Source of the DNA: Bacilli bacterium
GTDB taxonomy: Bacteria; Bacillota_I; Bacilli_A; ML615J-28; CAG-698
NCBI GenBank assembly: GCA_050953085.1
Contig: JBMNLX010000005.1
Location: 65,800-129,799 of the forward strand
Direction of reading: 5' to 3'
DNA: 64,000 bases
Positions 1 through 10,017 of the stretch are shown piece by piece (positions within the stretch are counted from its first letter, which is position 1; every line of letters starts with the position of its first letter). The notes beneath the pieces were generated by a model, which made no database searches, had not been told where the DNA came from, and saw nothing but the letters and a program-made list of their open reading frames with translations. The position numbers and the translations under genes are program-made.

Positions 1-1436
1 ATGATTAAATAGTCAAGCTTTTTAACGCCCCGCCTTTTTAAATAAGCTGTTACTTCATTGTTTTTACCGTCTCCCGTGTCAATTAAAACATTGCAGCGAT
101 TGCAACAATCGGAAATTAACGTCGATTCGCCATTATATAAATCCAAGAAAACAATCTCGGGATAAGATTTGAAGTAAAGCGAGTTGGACGCCGCGAACAA
201 AAACAACAATAATAGCGAAACAAAAAAATAACGATATTTTTTCCGCGCGTAGCTTTTTATAATTGCCGCCAAAAACAAGTAATATACTATTATCGCGACA
301 AACGGTAAATCCGGGAACCTAATCCTTAAAGCAAAATTGTCCGAAAGAAAGACGGTAAAATCTATAAATGCTTTAACGAAATAAAAATAAATCCACGAAA
401 GAATTGGGAGAAACAATACCAAAAAAGATAATGGCAAAATGATATATCCGACAAAATCTATATATACGGCGTTAACGAGCGGACTTAGAAAATTTATCTC
501 GTTGTTAAGATTTACGATTATCGGCAATGTGATGATCCAGGAGAATAATGATGTTAAAAGCAACTGGATGAGATGCTTGGTTTTATAAAGCAAAGGAGCC
601 GTCGTAACGATTATCAACGTGACCGTAAAGCTAAGAACAAATCCGCTGTGATAAAGGTAATATGGATTCCACAATACTAGCAGGACAAATATCAAGGACA
701 ACAAATCCAGGGACGAAAAACCTAATTTCAGTCTCTTGTTTAAATAGTAACCGTCGTAAAGCAAAACCGCCCTTACTATCGAGGGGGTAAAATTAACCAA
801 CAGGGCGTACAAAAAAAGAATTCCCAGAATAATCGTTTCCGACCGGCCTTGATTAATTTTAATCAAGCGAAAAAAACGGTTTAGGAAAATTATCAATAAG
901 CCGACATGCAAACCCGATATCGCAAAGAGATGCGAAATGCCGTTAATCTTAATCGCTTCCTGAAAATCGTCCGCGAACCCTCCCGATTCCCCGAGAATAA
1001 TCGCCTGAAGAAAACTTAGAACGGGTTCGTCAAAAAGCGAATCAAGATGCCGGTATAATTTCTGCCTGATAAGACCGGGGTCGAAACGTTTGCCGACAAC
1101 CTTTACCGAGCCGGCTTTAACGACTCCGTTAACCCTCCTTTGTTTCAAATAATTCCGGTAATCAAAACCGCCTTCAATGCGGGCGCCTTCAACATTTCCG
1201 CGCGAACCTTTCACCTCGATCTTGTCGCCAATGTCAAGGGGCTTGAAGGAAGCGTCATAAACATAATACTTTTTATTGCCGCTTGCGAGCGTTATTCGGT
1301 TATAATGTTTGTACGATTTCACGTCCGTGACGAAACCAATCGCATCATCGACCGGCGCCGGTTCATACTTCTTTTCCTCATAAGCAAATCGCGTTATAAA
1401 AAGCAATGTAACCGTAAGACCGGCGTAAAATATCAT
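1..1436 (-). CDS. comEC: DNA internalization competence protein ComEC (N-terminal ~478 aa; 3' end runs off the window start)
   Basis: My reverse-strand translation from the ATG at 1436 gives a polytopic membrane protein with the competence motif 'GISHLFAISGLHVGLL' and the start of an MBL domain ('VFLDLYNGESTLI'). It lies directly downstream of comEA. It is absent from the ORF track because it is open at the window edge. Confidence 0.8.
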   Translation of the reverse strand, partial: MIFYAGLTVTLLFITRFAYEEKKYEPAPVDDAIGFVTDVKSYKHYNRITLASGNKKYYVYDASFKPLDIGDKIEVKGSRGNVEGARIEGGFDYRNYLKQRRVNGVVKAGSVKVVGKRFDPGLIRQKLYRHLDSLFDEPVLSFLQAIILGESGGFADDFQEAIKINGISHLFAISGLHVGLLIIFLNRFFRLIKINQGRSETIILGILFLYALLVNFTPSIVRAVLLYDGYYLNKRLKLGFSSLDLLSLIFVLLVLWNPYYLYHSGFVLSFTVTLIIVTTAPLLYKTKHLIQLLLTSLFSWIITLPIIVNLNNEINFLSPLVNAVYIDFVGYIILPLSFLVLFLPILSWIYFYFVKAFIDFTVFLSDNFALRIRFPDLPFVAIIVYYLFLAAIIKSYARKKYRYFFVSLLLLFLFAASNSLYFKSYPEIVFLDLYNGESTLISDCCNRCNVLIDTGDGKNNEVTAYLKRRGVKKLDYLI

Positions 1437-1560
1437 TCTGTTTTTCTTAAAAAGGTAAAGCGCATACGCGATGAATAAAAACACGGCAACAATACATTTA
1501 TAGGCTATAATAAATAAAAGCAGAAAAAACGCTACAAGAAACCAATTATTCAGAAGCGCC

Positions 1561-2082
1561 TTATAGGCAGATGAATTCTTTAATTTGTTCCAGAATATTT
1601 TTCGATATGCCGTTAACATTCGTCAAATCCTCGATAGCGTTGAACCTGCCGTTTTTATTCCGGTAATCAACGATGCCGCGGGCGCGACTTTCACCGATGC
1701 CGGGCAATTGCATCAATTCTTCGATCGTCGCCGAATTAATTGATATTTTGCCTTCGCTTTTCTCTTCGGATTTGGCGGTGATATAAACCACCATTCCGTC
1801 GGATAGCTTTGCCGCGAGATTTATGCCGGCGGTGTCGGCATTGGCGGTGAAACCGCCCGCCAAAAAGATTAAATCGTTGACGCGGGAATCTATGTCAAGT
1901 ATGTAAAGGCCTGGTCTTTTAACCTCGCCCTTCACTTCCACGACCACACCGGCAACGCCGTTCCGTTCCTCGTTGACAACGGGAACCGGTAATTCTTTTC
2001 CTCCTTTCTTTGGCCAAAAACCGATAAACGCGATAACGCCGACAACGGCGATAGTCGCTATTTTATGCCATGTTTTCTTCAT
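1561..2082 (-). CDS. comEA: Competence protein ComEA (membrane-anchored helix-hairpin-helix DNA-binding protein)
   Basis: It has an N-terminal TM segment and a SLBB-like region. The C-terminus carries tandem HhH repeats ('INSATIEELMQLPGIGESRARGIVDYRNKNGRFNAIEDLTNVNGISKNI'). Confidence 0.85.
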   Translation of the reverse strand: MKKTWHKIATIAVVGVIAFIGFWPKKGGKELPVPVVNEERNGVAGVVVEVKGEVKRPGLYILDIDSRVNDLIFLAGGFTANADTAGINLAAKLSDGMVVYITAKSEEKSEGKISINSATIEELMQLPGIGESRARGIVDYRNKNGRFNAIEDLTNVNGISKNILEQIKEFICL

Positions 2083-2201
2083 TTTATCACCTCATCACTA
2101 TATTATTATTGGGGAACTTTTTTTCCGTTTGTATTTTCTTTTAACCAAAATTGTGATATAATATTTATGGCAAAAATAAAAATTATAAAGAGGGAGTATG
2201 T

Positions 2202-4148
2202 ATGAGAAGAGATGCATTTTTTCTTGTTTTCTTAGTTTTTCTGTTTGGCTTGGTCTTGTTCGGATGCAAAAAGGAGCCGGACAAAGACAACGGAAAAGAA
2301 ACGAAACCGACAATTTCCGTTTCTGTTAACCAGTTTAAGTTAAAAGAAGGTGAAACCGCAACTATCGAGCCAAGCTTATCGAACACTAGCGAGAACCTGA
2401 AGATTTTGTTTTCTTCGGAAGATCCCGACGTCGCGACTGTCGATGAGAACGGCGTGATAGTCGCCATAGGCGAGGGTGAAACAACCGTCACCGTTTCCCT
2501 GGAAGAATATCCCGACGTAAAGACCACCGTGACGGTTGTCGTCGAAGCTCAGGAAGAGGAAGTAGTTTTGGCGATTAATGGTCCCGATTCCGTTTATGTC
2601 GGCCAAACCATCCAATTGACGGTAACCGACCCGGAACCGGAAGGCAACATTATTTATTGGGATACGAAAGATCAAAGCATAATCTCGGTTACACAAACGG
2701 GGATCGTTACCGGGTTAAAAGGCGGCACGGCCGTTGTTAGGGTTATTTCCGGAAACACAGGAGAATCGGTTGAAAAAACGATCACGGTCTTGATTCCCGA
2801 TCCCGAATCCTTAGAGATTGGCGGTCTCGACGGCAAACGCGTCACTTACAACTCCGTAATAAGACTCGTGGCGAAAATTTCGCCCCAAGGCGCGACCGGC
2901 GAAATCGAATGGGAATCATACGACGAGGATGTCTGCGTTATTGACGAGACGGGCAAAATTCAGCCGTTACGCCCGGGAGAAGTAACGATTCGCGCGACGA
3001 TTAAAAATACCAATATTTCCGGAGAAATTACATTCGCTATCGAACCGACGCTTTTGGAATTCCTGGAATATCATCACAATGAAGACCCGCATGTTCAGGA
3101 CATCAGGGTATACGGTTTCGAAAGCAGTTTGCCGTATCACGATCCATCTAAAGGCGCTTACTACTACAATCTCACGCTTTTAGGAAGCGTCAATAATTAT
3201 CTGAACTACGAACTGCAAATCATCGAATCGATTTTGGGCGCCAACAAAAAGAACCGCCCCGGCACCAAACAATCGGTAACAAAATATATAACGGTGCACG
3301 ATACCGGTTCGGCGGCTCCGGGAGCCGGCGCGTCCGCTCACAACGGCTATATCCACGGCGGCGCCGAATCCGCGGGAACGTCCTGGCATTACACGGTCGG
3401 AAACGACGGGGTTTATCATCACATCCCGGATGATGAAGTCGCCTGGCATGCCGGCGACGGAACCACAGACCCGTATGAGGCGTTTGACTCCGGAATCCCG
3501 TATACTTTTAAAAAGAAACCGGAAGTAACGATTACTCCCGACGGCTATTACGCCTTGGACGGCGTTAAATCAAATGTCGAAGCGCCAAGGAAAAATGACG
3601 GTTCAATCCCGAAAACCTCGGAGATCAACACTTTGGGAATCGAAGTTACCAAAGGCGAAAACGGCAACTGGTTTATCGGAAAAACATGGTGGAGCAACAC
3701 CTATGGATACATCGGCAACCGCGGCGGAAACAACAACAGTATTGGAATCGAATCCTGCGTTAACCAGGGATCCGACGTCTTCCTTACCTGGCAATTGCTT
3801 GCGAAGCTAGTGGCGAAACTGATGGAAGAAAACGGACTTTACTTTGAGCACGTTGTCCAGCATCATTATTTCAGCGGTAAAGATTGTCCGATGACGATGC
3901 GGAACTCGAACAATTTCGAGCGTTTCATGAAATTGGTTGAAGCCGAGTATTTCATCAGAACGATGTTCAATGATTACACGATCAGGTTTATCTCCAACAA
4001 TCCCGATTACATCGACAACCGGGGAAGAATCATTGACTTGCCGGTAACGCCTACGCGGGCAAGCTACACCGTGGAGGTCACCAATACGAAGACAAATAAA
4101 ACCGAGTTCAAGTTATTCTACGTTAACTTGCCGGCAAAATCTCAATAA
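2202..4148 (+). CDS. Lipoprotein cell-wall hydrolase: Big_2 (Ig-like) domains followed by an N-acetylmuramoyl-L-alanine amidase (Amidase_2/PGRP) domain carrying a large insertion
   Basis: The signal peptide ends in a lipobox ('LVLFGC'). Repeated Ig-like segments are present ('TATIEPSLSN', 'VTVSLEEYPDVKTTVTVVV'). The Amidase_2 core reads 'YITVHDTGS...SWHYTVGNDGVYHHIPDDEVAWHAGDG ... NSIGIESC'. Confidence 0.75.
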   Translation: MRRDAFFLVFLVFLFGLVLFGCKKEPDKDNGKETKPTISVSVNQFKLKEGETATIEPSLSNTSENLKILFSSEDPDVATVDENGVIVAIGEGETTVTVSLEEYPDVKTTVTVVVEAQEEEVVLAINGPDSVYVGQTIQLTVTDPEPEGNIIYWDTKDQSIISVTQTGIVTGLKGGTAVVRVISGNTGESVEKTITVLIPDPESLEIGGLDGKRVTYNSVIRLVAKISPQGATGEIEWESYDEDVCVIDETGKIQPLRPGEVTIRATIKNTNISGEITFAIEPTLLEFLEYHHNEDPHVQDIRVYGFESSLPYHDPSKGAYYYNLTLLGSVNNYLNYELQIIESILGANKKNRPGTKQSVTKYITVHDTGSAAPGAGASAHNGYIHGGAESAGTSWHYTVGNDGVYHHIPDDEVAWHAGDGTTDPYEAFDSGIPYTFKKKPEVTITPDGYYALDGVKSNVEAPRKNDGSIPKTSEINTLGIEVTKGENGNWFIGKTWWSNTYGYIGNRGGNNNSIGIESCVNQGSDVFLTWQLLAKLVAKLMEENGLYFEHVVQHHYFSGKDCPMTMRNSNNFERFMKLVEAEYFIRTMFNDYTIRFISNNPDYIDNRGRIIDLPVTPTRASYTVEVTNTKTNKTEFKLFYVNLPAKSQ

Positions 4149-4162
4149 TCATACGATAACAT

Positions 4163-4196
4163 AAAGCGCGAGTTTTATTGCTCGCGCTTTTTTTAT
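4163..4196 (+). terminator. Rho-independent terminator downstream of the amidase gene
   Basis: The stem is AAGCGCGAG...CTCGCGCTT and is followed by a T-run. Confidence 0.6.
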
Positions 4197-4256
4197 CTCG
4201 AAAAAAAAAAGACCGCTGAGTTTACTCAACGGCCTTGATTGCCAAAAGTGCATTAA

Positions 4257-4412
4257 CTACCTGAATGTTGCTTTAATCTTATCAACTTGCTTCATTCCTT
4301 CTTGTTTCATCCGCCACATGGCGTTTTGTATTTCCTTTTTGTTTTGTAAATAAAGAATGACCGCACCAGAACATAACGCGCCAATCATCATATATGATAA
4401 AGCTCTATTCAT
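4257..4412 (-). CDS. Small (51 aa) membrane protein, hypothetical; not in the ORF track because it is under 60 aa
   Basis: My translation is MNRALSYMMIGALCSGAVILYLQNKKEIQNAMWRMKQEGMKQVDKIKATFR. It has one hydrophobic helix and a GAGGTGG Shine-Dalgarno 8 nt upstream of the ATG. Confidence 0.4.
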   Translation of the reverse strand: MNRALSYMMIGALCSGAVILYLQNKKEIQNAMWRMKQEGMKQVDKIKATFR

Positions 4413-4457
4413 AGTTCCACCTCATTTCGATTAAAGCTGCACTTTTGTGCAAATTTA

Positions 4458-6740
4458 TTATTTCTCCAAATCCAAAAAATCATAAGGCGAAAGATTTACC
4501 ATTTCAGAATCGTCAAAATCATCGGTCATGACAAACTCATCCTCGGCGTTTATCCGTTCCACGAGTTTGGTTTTCCGTTTCGGCTCGATCCTCTTGACGC
4601 CGTAATACAAAGATTGAATATTGCCGAGCATAAGCAAATATTTTTTTGCTCTCGTGATGCTCGTGTATATCAACTTCCGTTTCAACATTATATAATGCTG
4701 ATTGGAAAACAAAACGATAACGAGATCAAATTCGCTTCCCTGGGCTTTATGAATCGAAATGGCGTAAGCGTGCGCCAAATCCTCCAACTCGTCAAGCGAA
4801 TAATCGACTTTGCCGACGTCAAAAAGCACCGTTACTCCCGCGTATTTGTCGTCTTCCTTTTTCAGCCCGACAACCCGGCCAACATCGCCGTTCATAACGT
4901 TTTTCTCGCTGCGGTTAACGAGTTGTATAACTTTGTCATTGACGCGGAAGACGCGGTTATAATGCTTTATCTCGCCCTCGCGCGCCGGGTTAAACCTTTC
5001 TTGCATCGCGGCGTTAATCGCGTTGATTCCCAGCGGTCCTTTATACATCGGGACAAGAATTTGAATGTCGCGGACCAAATCCATTCCCCGGGAGAGCGCT
5101 TTTTCAACAATCCCGCACGCCGTTTCAATTACCCTCTCGTCCGGGACGCGGAAAAATATTTTATCTCTCACGATATTATGCGGAACCATTCCCTGATTGA
5201 CGGCATGCGCGAGACTAACGATATGGGAGGATTCGGCCTGACGATGGATTTTATCGAGCCTGACCGTGGGAATCTTTTCGGAGAGAATCAAATCCTGAAG
5301 GACGTCGCCCGGCGATACCGAGGGCAACTGGTCGGCATCGCCTACGAGAATAACGCGGGCGTCGTTTTCCAAGGCGGAAAACAACCGGGAAGCAAGCGTC
5401 ACGTCAACCATCGAAAACTCATCAACAATCGCGATTTTCGCATCGACAGGATTATTAGGACCGTGACGATAGAAAGAGCCGCCCTCGTAGCCTAAATATT
5501 TATGAATGGTAACCGCGCCATGACCGGTGAGATCCCTTAGCCTTTTCGCCGCTTTCCCGGTCGGAGCCAACAGGGCGATTTTCCCCTTGATATCCGCTTC
5601 AGGAAGCAAGAGTTCAAAACTGTCGATAATCGCTTTTATAATCGTCGATTTGCCCGTTCCCGGTCCGCCGGTAATGATCACAAAAGATTCCGCGAGCGCC
5701 GTCGTTATCGCTTCTTTCTGTTTTTCCGTATACTTGATATTATTCTTTTTCATGACTTCGTTTAAAGTCATGATAATATCGTTATTATTATAATCGTTTT
5801 TCGTCTCGCGATTAAAAAATTGCCTCACTTTTTCTGCCAGGATCGTCTCCGCGCGATATAAAGTTATTTCGTAAACGTCGCCGCTTTTTTCGTCATAATG
5901 GATTTTTTTTGTTTCGGCCAAAAATCGAAGAATCCGCTTGAGATCGTCAAAAGTATATGATTGACGTAAGTCCGCGGATATTTTCTGATAAAGCTCTTTG
6001 TCGTTTATATACACGTCGCCGCTGGCAAAAAAATGAGAATTGATTACATACCTAATCAAAGCGCGGATGCGAATCTCGTTGTCGGCGGATATTCCCATCG
6101 CCATCGCGATTTTGTCGGCGCGCTTGAAACCGAATCCTTCCGCCAAATCGATTAACGAATACGGGTTTTCCCTAATCCTCTCCGCCGCATCAAACCCGAG
6201 CTTTTTGATTAAGTTTAAACTGGCGCGCATCGTAAGGCCAAAATTCAATAAATCAACCAGCGCCCGGCGATTGCTCTCGTGCCTCACGATATTTTCATAA
6301 ACCGTCGCCTTTTGTTTTGCGTTCATACCGGGCACTTTGTCCAAAACGGAACGGTCTTTCTCAATCAAATTAAGACATTCGGGACCCAGGGTTTGATAGA
6401 TTTTAGTCGCCGTGACTTTGCCGATGCCGGGAAAAAGATCGCTTGATAAAAAGGCGATGACGCCGCCTAAAGTACGCTCGGTAAGCCGCTCGAATTTATC
6501 CGCCTTGAATTGCAGACCGTAGCGATTCGTGATGAATTCGCCGGTAAAAACGAATTCCTCCCCAAAAATCGGTTTCCGGTCGACGTAACACAACACCGTC
6601 AGCGTTCTCGAAAGCAGCTTATCGCGCAAATGCGCCATTTTAATATCCTGGGTGTTAATGTTTAAAGAAATAATCGCGTAATAATTTTCTTCGTTATAAT
6701 AAATGACGTTATTGACCGTTCCCGTGATTTTTGTTTCCAT
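4458..6740 (-). CDS. recD2: ATP-dependent RecD-like DNA helicase (RecD2)
   Basis: The N-terminus has OB/HhH regions. Walker A reads 'ITGGPGTGKST'. The SF1 helicase motifs 'VLVGDADQLPSV' and 'ISIHKAQGSEF' are present. Confidence 0.85.
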   Translation of the reverse strand: METKITGTVNNVIYYNEENYYAIISLNINTQDIKMAHLRDKLLSRTLTVLCYVDRKPIFGEEFVFTGEFITNRYGLQFKADKFERLTERTLGGVIAFLSSDLFPGIGKVTATKIYQTLGPECLNLIEKDRSVLDKVPGMNAKQKATVYENIVRHESNRRALVDLLNFGLTMRASLNLIKKLGFDAAERIRENPYSLIDLAEGFGFKRADKIAMAMGISADNEIRIRALIRYVINSHFFASGDVYINDKELYQKISADLRQSYTFDDLKRILRFLAETKKIHYDEKSGDVYEITLYRAETILAEKVRQFFNRETKNDYNNNDIIMTLNEVMKKNNIKYTEKQKEAITTALAESFVIITGGPGTGKSTIIKAIIDSFELLLPEADIKGKIALLAPTGKAAKRLRDLTGHGAVTIHKYLGYEGGSFYRHGPNNPVDAKIAIVDEFSMVDVTLASRLFSALENDARVILVGDADQLPSVSPGDVLQDLILSEKIPTVRLDKIHRQAESSHIVSLAHAVNQGMVPHNIVRDKIFFRVPDERVIETACGIVEKALSRGMDLVRDIQILVPMYKGPLGINAINAAMQERFNPAREGEIKHYNRVFRVNDKVIQLVNRSEKNVMNGDVGRVVGLKKEDDKYAGVTVLFDVGKVDYSLDELEDLAHAYAISIHKAQGSEFDLVIVLFSNQHYIMLKRKLIYTSITRAKKYLLMLGNIQSLYYGVKRIEPKRKTKLVERINAEDEFVMTDDFDDSEMVNLSPYDFLDLEK

Positions 6741-6753
6741 ACTGCCCCCGCTC

Positions 6754-7887
6754 TTAATATTGTCGCCGCTCGTCGTTCATGTAGACTTCTTCAATCGTGC
6801 CTCCCCCCAACACTTCGTCTCCTAAATAAAACACGGCCGCTTGTCCCGGCGTGACCGACTTGGCTTTTCCGGGGTAGAACACTTCCAGTTTATTGTTTTC
6901 GATTTTTCGCGCCGTCGCTTCTATATCCTTGCTGCGATAGCGAAACTTAACCGTGCAACATATTTCCGAAAATTCCGGGCCGAGCCAGTTGACATCATTG
7001 ATTATCGCCCGGTTCGAATACAAATACTCATGATTGGAACCGCGGCCGACAATAAGCGCGTTTCGAGCCGCGTCCTTCCCCAAAACATACCACGGTTCGC
7101 CGGCGCCGCCCAACCCTAAACCGTGACGCTGGCCGATCGTATAATACATTGTTCCCTCGTGACGTCCGACTTTCGCGCCGTCAAGCGTTTCGATATCGCC
7201 GGGTTGCGCCGGAAGATAATTTTTCAAAAACTCCCGAAATTTTCTTTCGCCTATAAAACAGACGCCGGTAGAATCCTTCTTTGTCGCGACCGATTCAAGA
7301 TTGTGTTCGGCCGCGATCGCCCGAACCTCATATTTATGCAATCCGCCAATCGGAAACAAAGTTTTTCTCAACTGTTCCTTGGTTAACTGACAGAGAAAAT
7401 AACTTTGATCCTTGTTCGCGTCAACGCCCCTCAGAAGTTTTACCTCGGGATGATGCGCGACGCGGGCGTAATGCCCCATGGCGATATAATCCGCTCCCAT
7501 GTTTTCAGCCGCTTCTAAAAAAGACTTGAATTTGATTTCGCTGTTGCAGACGATGTCGGGATTGGGGGTGCGGTTTCTTTTGTATTCCTCTAAAAAATGA
7601 ACGAATACTTTCGACCAGTACTCCTCAACAAAATCAATCCTGCGCAGTTTGATGTTCAGTTTCTCGGCGACTTTCATGGCGTCGATGTAATCGGCTTCCT
7701 GCGGGCATACTTCGTCATAAATATGCGGGTTGCCGAGAATGTCCCTGTTAAGCGAGGAATCCCAATTGCGCATAAAAACGCCTTCAACTTCATAACCCTG
7801 TCGCAGGAGAAGAATGGCCGCGACCGCGCTGTCGACTCCTCCCGACAATCCCAAAATAACTTTCTTTTTTTTATTCATATTTATCAC
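6754..7887 (-). CDS. mnmA: tRNA-specific 2-thiouridylase MnmA
   Basis: The PP-loop 'LGLSGGVDSAVAA' is present. The full-length match continues through 'CNSEIKFKSFLE' and 'RSKDI'. Confidence 0.9.
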   Translation of the reverse strand: MINMNKKKKVILGLSGGVDSAVAAILLLRQGYEVEGVFMRNWDSSLNRDILGNPHIYDEVCPQEADYIDAMKVAEKLNIKLRRIDFVEEYWSKVFVHFLEEYKRNRTPNPDIVCNSEIKFKSFLEAAENMGADYIAMGHYARVAHHPEVKLLRGVDANKDQSYFLCQLTKEQLRKTLFPIGGLHKYEVRAIAAEHNLESVATKKDSTGVCFIGERKFREFLKNYLPAQPGDIETLDGAKVGRHEGTMYYTIGQRHGLGLGGAGEPWYVLGKDAARNALIVGRGSNHEYLYSNRAIINDVNWLGPEFSEICCTVKFRYRSKDIEATARKIENNKLEVFYPGKAKSVTPGQAAVFYLGDEVLGGGTIEEVYMNDERRQY

Positions 7888-7890
7888 CCA

Positions 7891-9864
7891 TTATTCGGTT
7901 CTCAGCTCAAAAATAATATCCCGCAAAACCATCGCTTGTTCAAAATCGAGTTTTTTCGCTGCTTCTTTCATTTGTTTCTCAAGACTTGCGATTAACTGTT
8001 TTCTCTCAAGAGAACTCATCTTCCCTATGTTATCCAAATCAACCGACTGTTTTTCTTCCTCTACTTCTTTGGTAATTATTAAACTATCGGTAATATGCTT
8101 ATAAACTGTCTTGGGTATTATTTTGTTTTCCTGATTATATTTTTCCTGGATTGAGCGGCGGCGATAAGTCTCGACAATCGCCCTTTCCATCGAGCCGGTT
8201 ACATTATCCGCATACATGATAACTTTCCCGTTAACGTTTCGCGCCGCCCGGCCGATAATTTGGATTAACGATGTTTCGCTGCGCAAAAACCCTTCTTTAT
8301 CGGCGTCAAGAATCGCGATTAACGAAACTTCGGGTATATCGAGCCCCTCGCGCAGCAAATTAATACCCACCAGGACGTCATATTTGCCTTGCCTTAGGTT
8401 TCTTATTATCTCCATTCTTTCCAACGATTTAATTTCCGAATGCAAATACGCGACCTTTATTTCCAGCTCTTCAAGGTACTTTGTTAAGTCCTCGCTCATT
8501 TTGATCGTCAGCGTAAGAACCATGACCCGTTCGTTAGCTTTTACCCGCTGGTGGATTTCCCTGATTAAATCGTCGATTTGCCCTTCGGTCGGGCGAACTT
8601 CGATTTGCGGGTCAAGAAGCCCCGTCGGCCTGATTATTTGCTCGACGATCACACCGCTGCGCGAGCGCTCGTACTCGCCCGGCGTGGCGCTGACATAGAT
8701 TATTTTATCGAGTTTTTGATAGAATTCATCAAATGTTAAGGGCCGGTTGTCCAGCGCCGAAGGCAGGCGAAACCCGTATTCGACCAAGGCCATCTTCCGA
8801 GCGCGGTCGCCGTTGTACATTCCTCTAACTTGGGGCAGGGTAACGTGTGATTCATCGATAATAATCAGAAAATCATCTCCGAAAAAATCAAGCAACGTAT
8901 ACGGAGTTTCCCCCTCGGCCCGCAAACTGATATGGCGGGAATAATTCTCGATTCCCGGACAAAAACCAATCTCCTCAAGCATCTCGATATCGTATTCGGT
9001 GCGTTGTTTTATTCTTTGCGCTTCGAGCAGTTTGTTTTCGCTTTCAAAATATTTGACTCGATCTTCAAGTTCAAGTTTAATTCGCCTAATCGCTTCCTTC
9101 ATTTTATCTTCGTCAACGGCGAATAGCGTGGCGGGGAAAACATTAAGAATCGTTTTTTCGTATAAGGTCTTGCCGGTTACGGTATCGTATTCCTTAATTT
9201 TTTCAATTTCGTCGTCAAAGAATTCAATACGGTAAGCGCGTTCTTGAACGTTGGCGGGAATAATATCCAAATATTCGCCTTTTACTCGGAATGAACCTCT
9301 TTTAAAATCATATTCACTGCGCTCGTATTGCATTTTGATAAGTTTTTCAAGCAATTCGCCCCGATCCACGATATCGCCGACCCGCAGGGTGAGCATTTTT
9401 TCTTTATAATCTTCCGGGGCGCCGATTCCGTAAATACAGGACACGCTGGCAACGACGATAACATCGTCGCGCTCCATCAGAGAGCTGACGGCGCTGTGAC
9501 GCATCTGATCGATGTCGTCGTTAATACTCGCGTCCTTTTCAATATATAAATCCCTTTTGACTACATATGCCTCCGGTTGATAGTAGTCATAATAAGAAAT
9601 AAAATATTCCACGCGATTTTGCGGAAAAAAACTCTTAAGTTCGCTGTAAAGCTGCCCGGCCAACGTCTTGTTATGAGCCAAGACAAGCGTTTTTTTGCCG
9701 GTTTCTTTGATAACGTTCGCGATCGTGAAAGTCTTGCCGGTACCGGTCGCTCCTAATAAAATTTGCTCTTTAACCCCGTTATTCAGATTGTCAATCAGTT
9801 GCTTTATCGCCCGGGGCTGGTCGCCCATCGGCGCGAAATTGCTACGCAGCTTAAAATTACTCAT
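7891..9864 (-). CDS. uvrB: Excinuclease ABC subunit B (UvrB)
   Basis: The sequence '[31 protein letters not shown]' is present, together with helicase motifs. The C-terminal UVR domain reads '[15 protein letters not shown]'. Confidence 0.95.
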   Translation of the reverse strand: MSNFKLRSNFAPMGDQPRAIKQLIDNLNNGVKEQILLGATGTGKTFTIANVIKETGKKTLVLAHNKTLAGQLYSELKSFFPQNRVEYFISYYDYYQPEAYVVKRDLYIEKDASINDDIDQMRHSAVSSLMERDDVIVVASVSCIYGIGAPEDYKEKMLTLRVGDIVDRGELLEKLIKMQYERSEYDFKRGSFRVKGEYLDIIPANVQERAYRIEFFDDEIEKIKEYDTVTGKTLYEKTILNVFPATLFAVDEDKMKEAIRRIKLELEDRVKYFESENKLLEAQRIKQRTEYDIEMLEEIGFCPGIENYSRHISLRAEGETPYTLLDFFGDDFLIIIDESHVTLPQVRGMYNGDRARKMALVEYGFRLPSALDNRPLTFDEFYQKLDKIIYVSATPGEYERSRSGVIVEQIIRPTGLLDPQIEVRPTEGQIDDLIREIHQRVKANERVMVLTLTIKMSEDLTKYLEELEIKVAYLHSEIKSLERMEIIRNLRQGKYDVLVGINLLREGLDIPEVSLIAILDADKEGFLRSETSLIQIIGRAARNVNGKVIMYADNVTGSMERAIVETYRRRSIQEKYNQENKIIPKTVYKHITDSLIITKEVEEEKQSVDLDNIGKMSSLERKQLIASLEKQMKEAAKKLDFEQAMVLRDIIFELRTE

Positions 9865-9985
9865 ATACTATCGTCGCGGAAAATATCTCGCTTTTCCCGC
9901 TGAAATCTCCTTTCGGTATTTGAATTTTCTATATTTATATTATAACCGTTTCGCTTGTTATTTGCAATCGCGATATAAACTCGGT

Positions 9986-10017
9986 AAAAAAAATCTCCGG
10001 TAACCGGAGACTTTTTT
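9986..10017. terminator. Hairpin with flanking A and T runs (bidirectional terminator) at the 3' end of the 814-aa lipoprotein gene
   Basis: The sequence is AAAAAAAATCTCCGG-TAA-CCGGAGACTTTTTT. Confidence 0.55.

Noticed and set aside
1140-1478. 112-aa plus-strand ORF in the track
   Set aside because: It lies antisense inside the comEC coding region. comEC is open to the window edge on the minus strand and has clear ComEC motifs. The ORF has no RBS and its composition is an artefact of the opposite-strand gene.
4614-5495. 293-aa plus-strand ORF, together with the other long plus-strand ORFs antisense to recD2, uvrB and the lipoproteins. Examples are 47958..48668 and 10931..11431.
   Set aside because: They are completely embedded antisense in strongly supported minus-strand genes. 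They carry no recognisable motifs.
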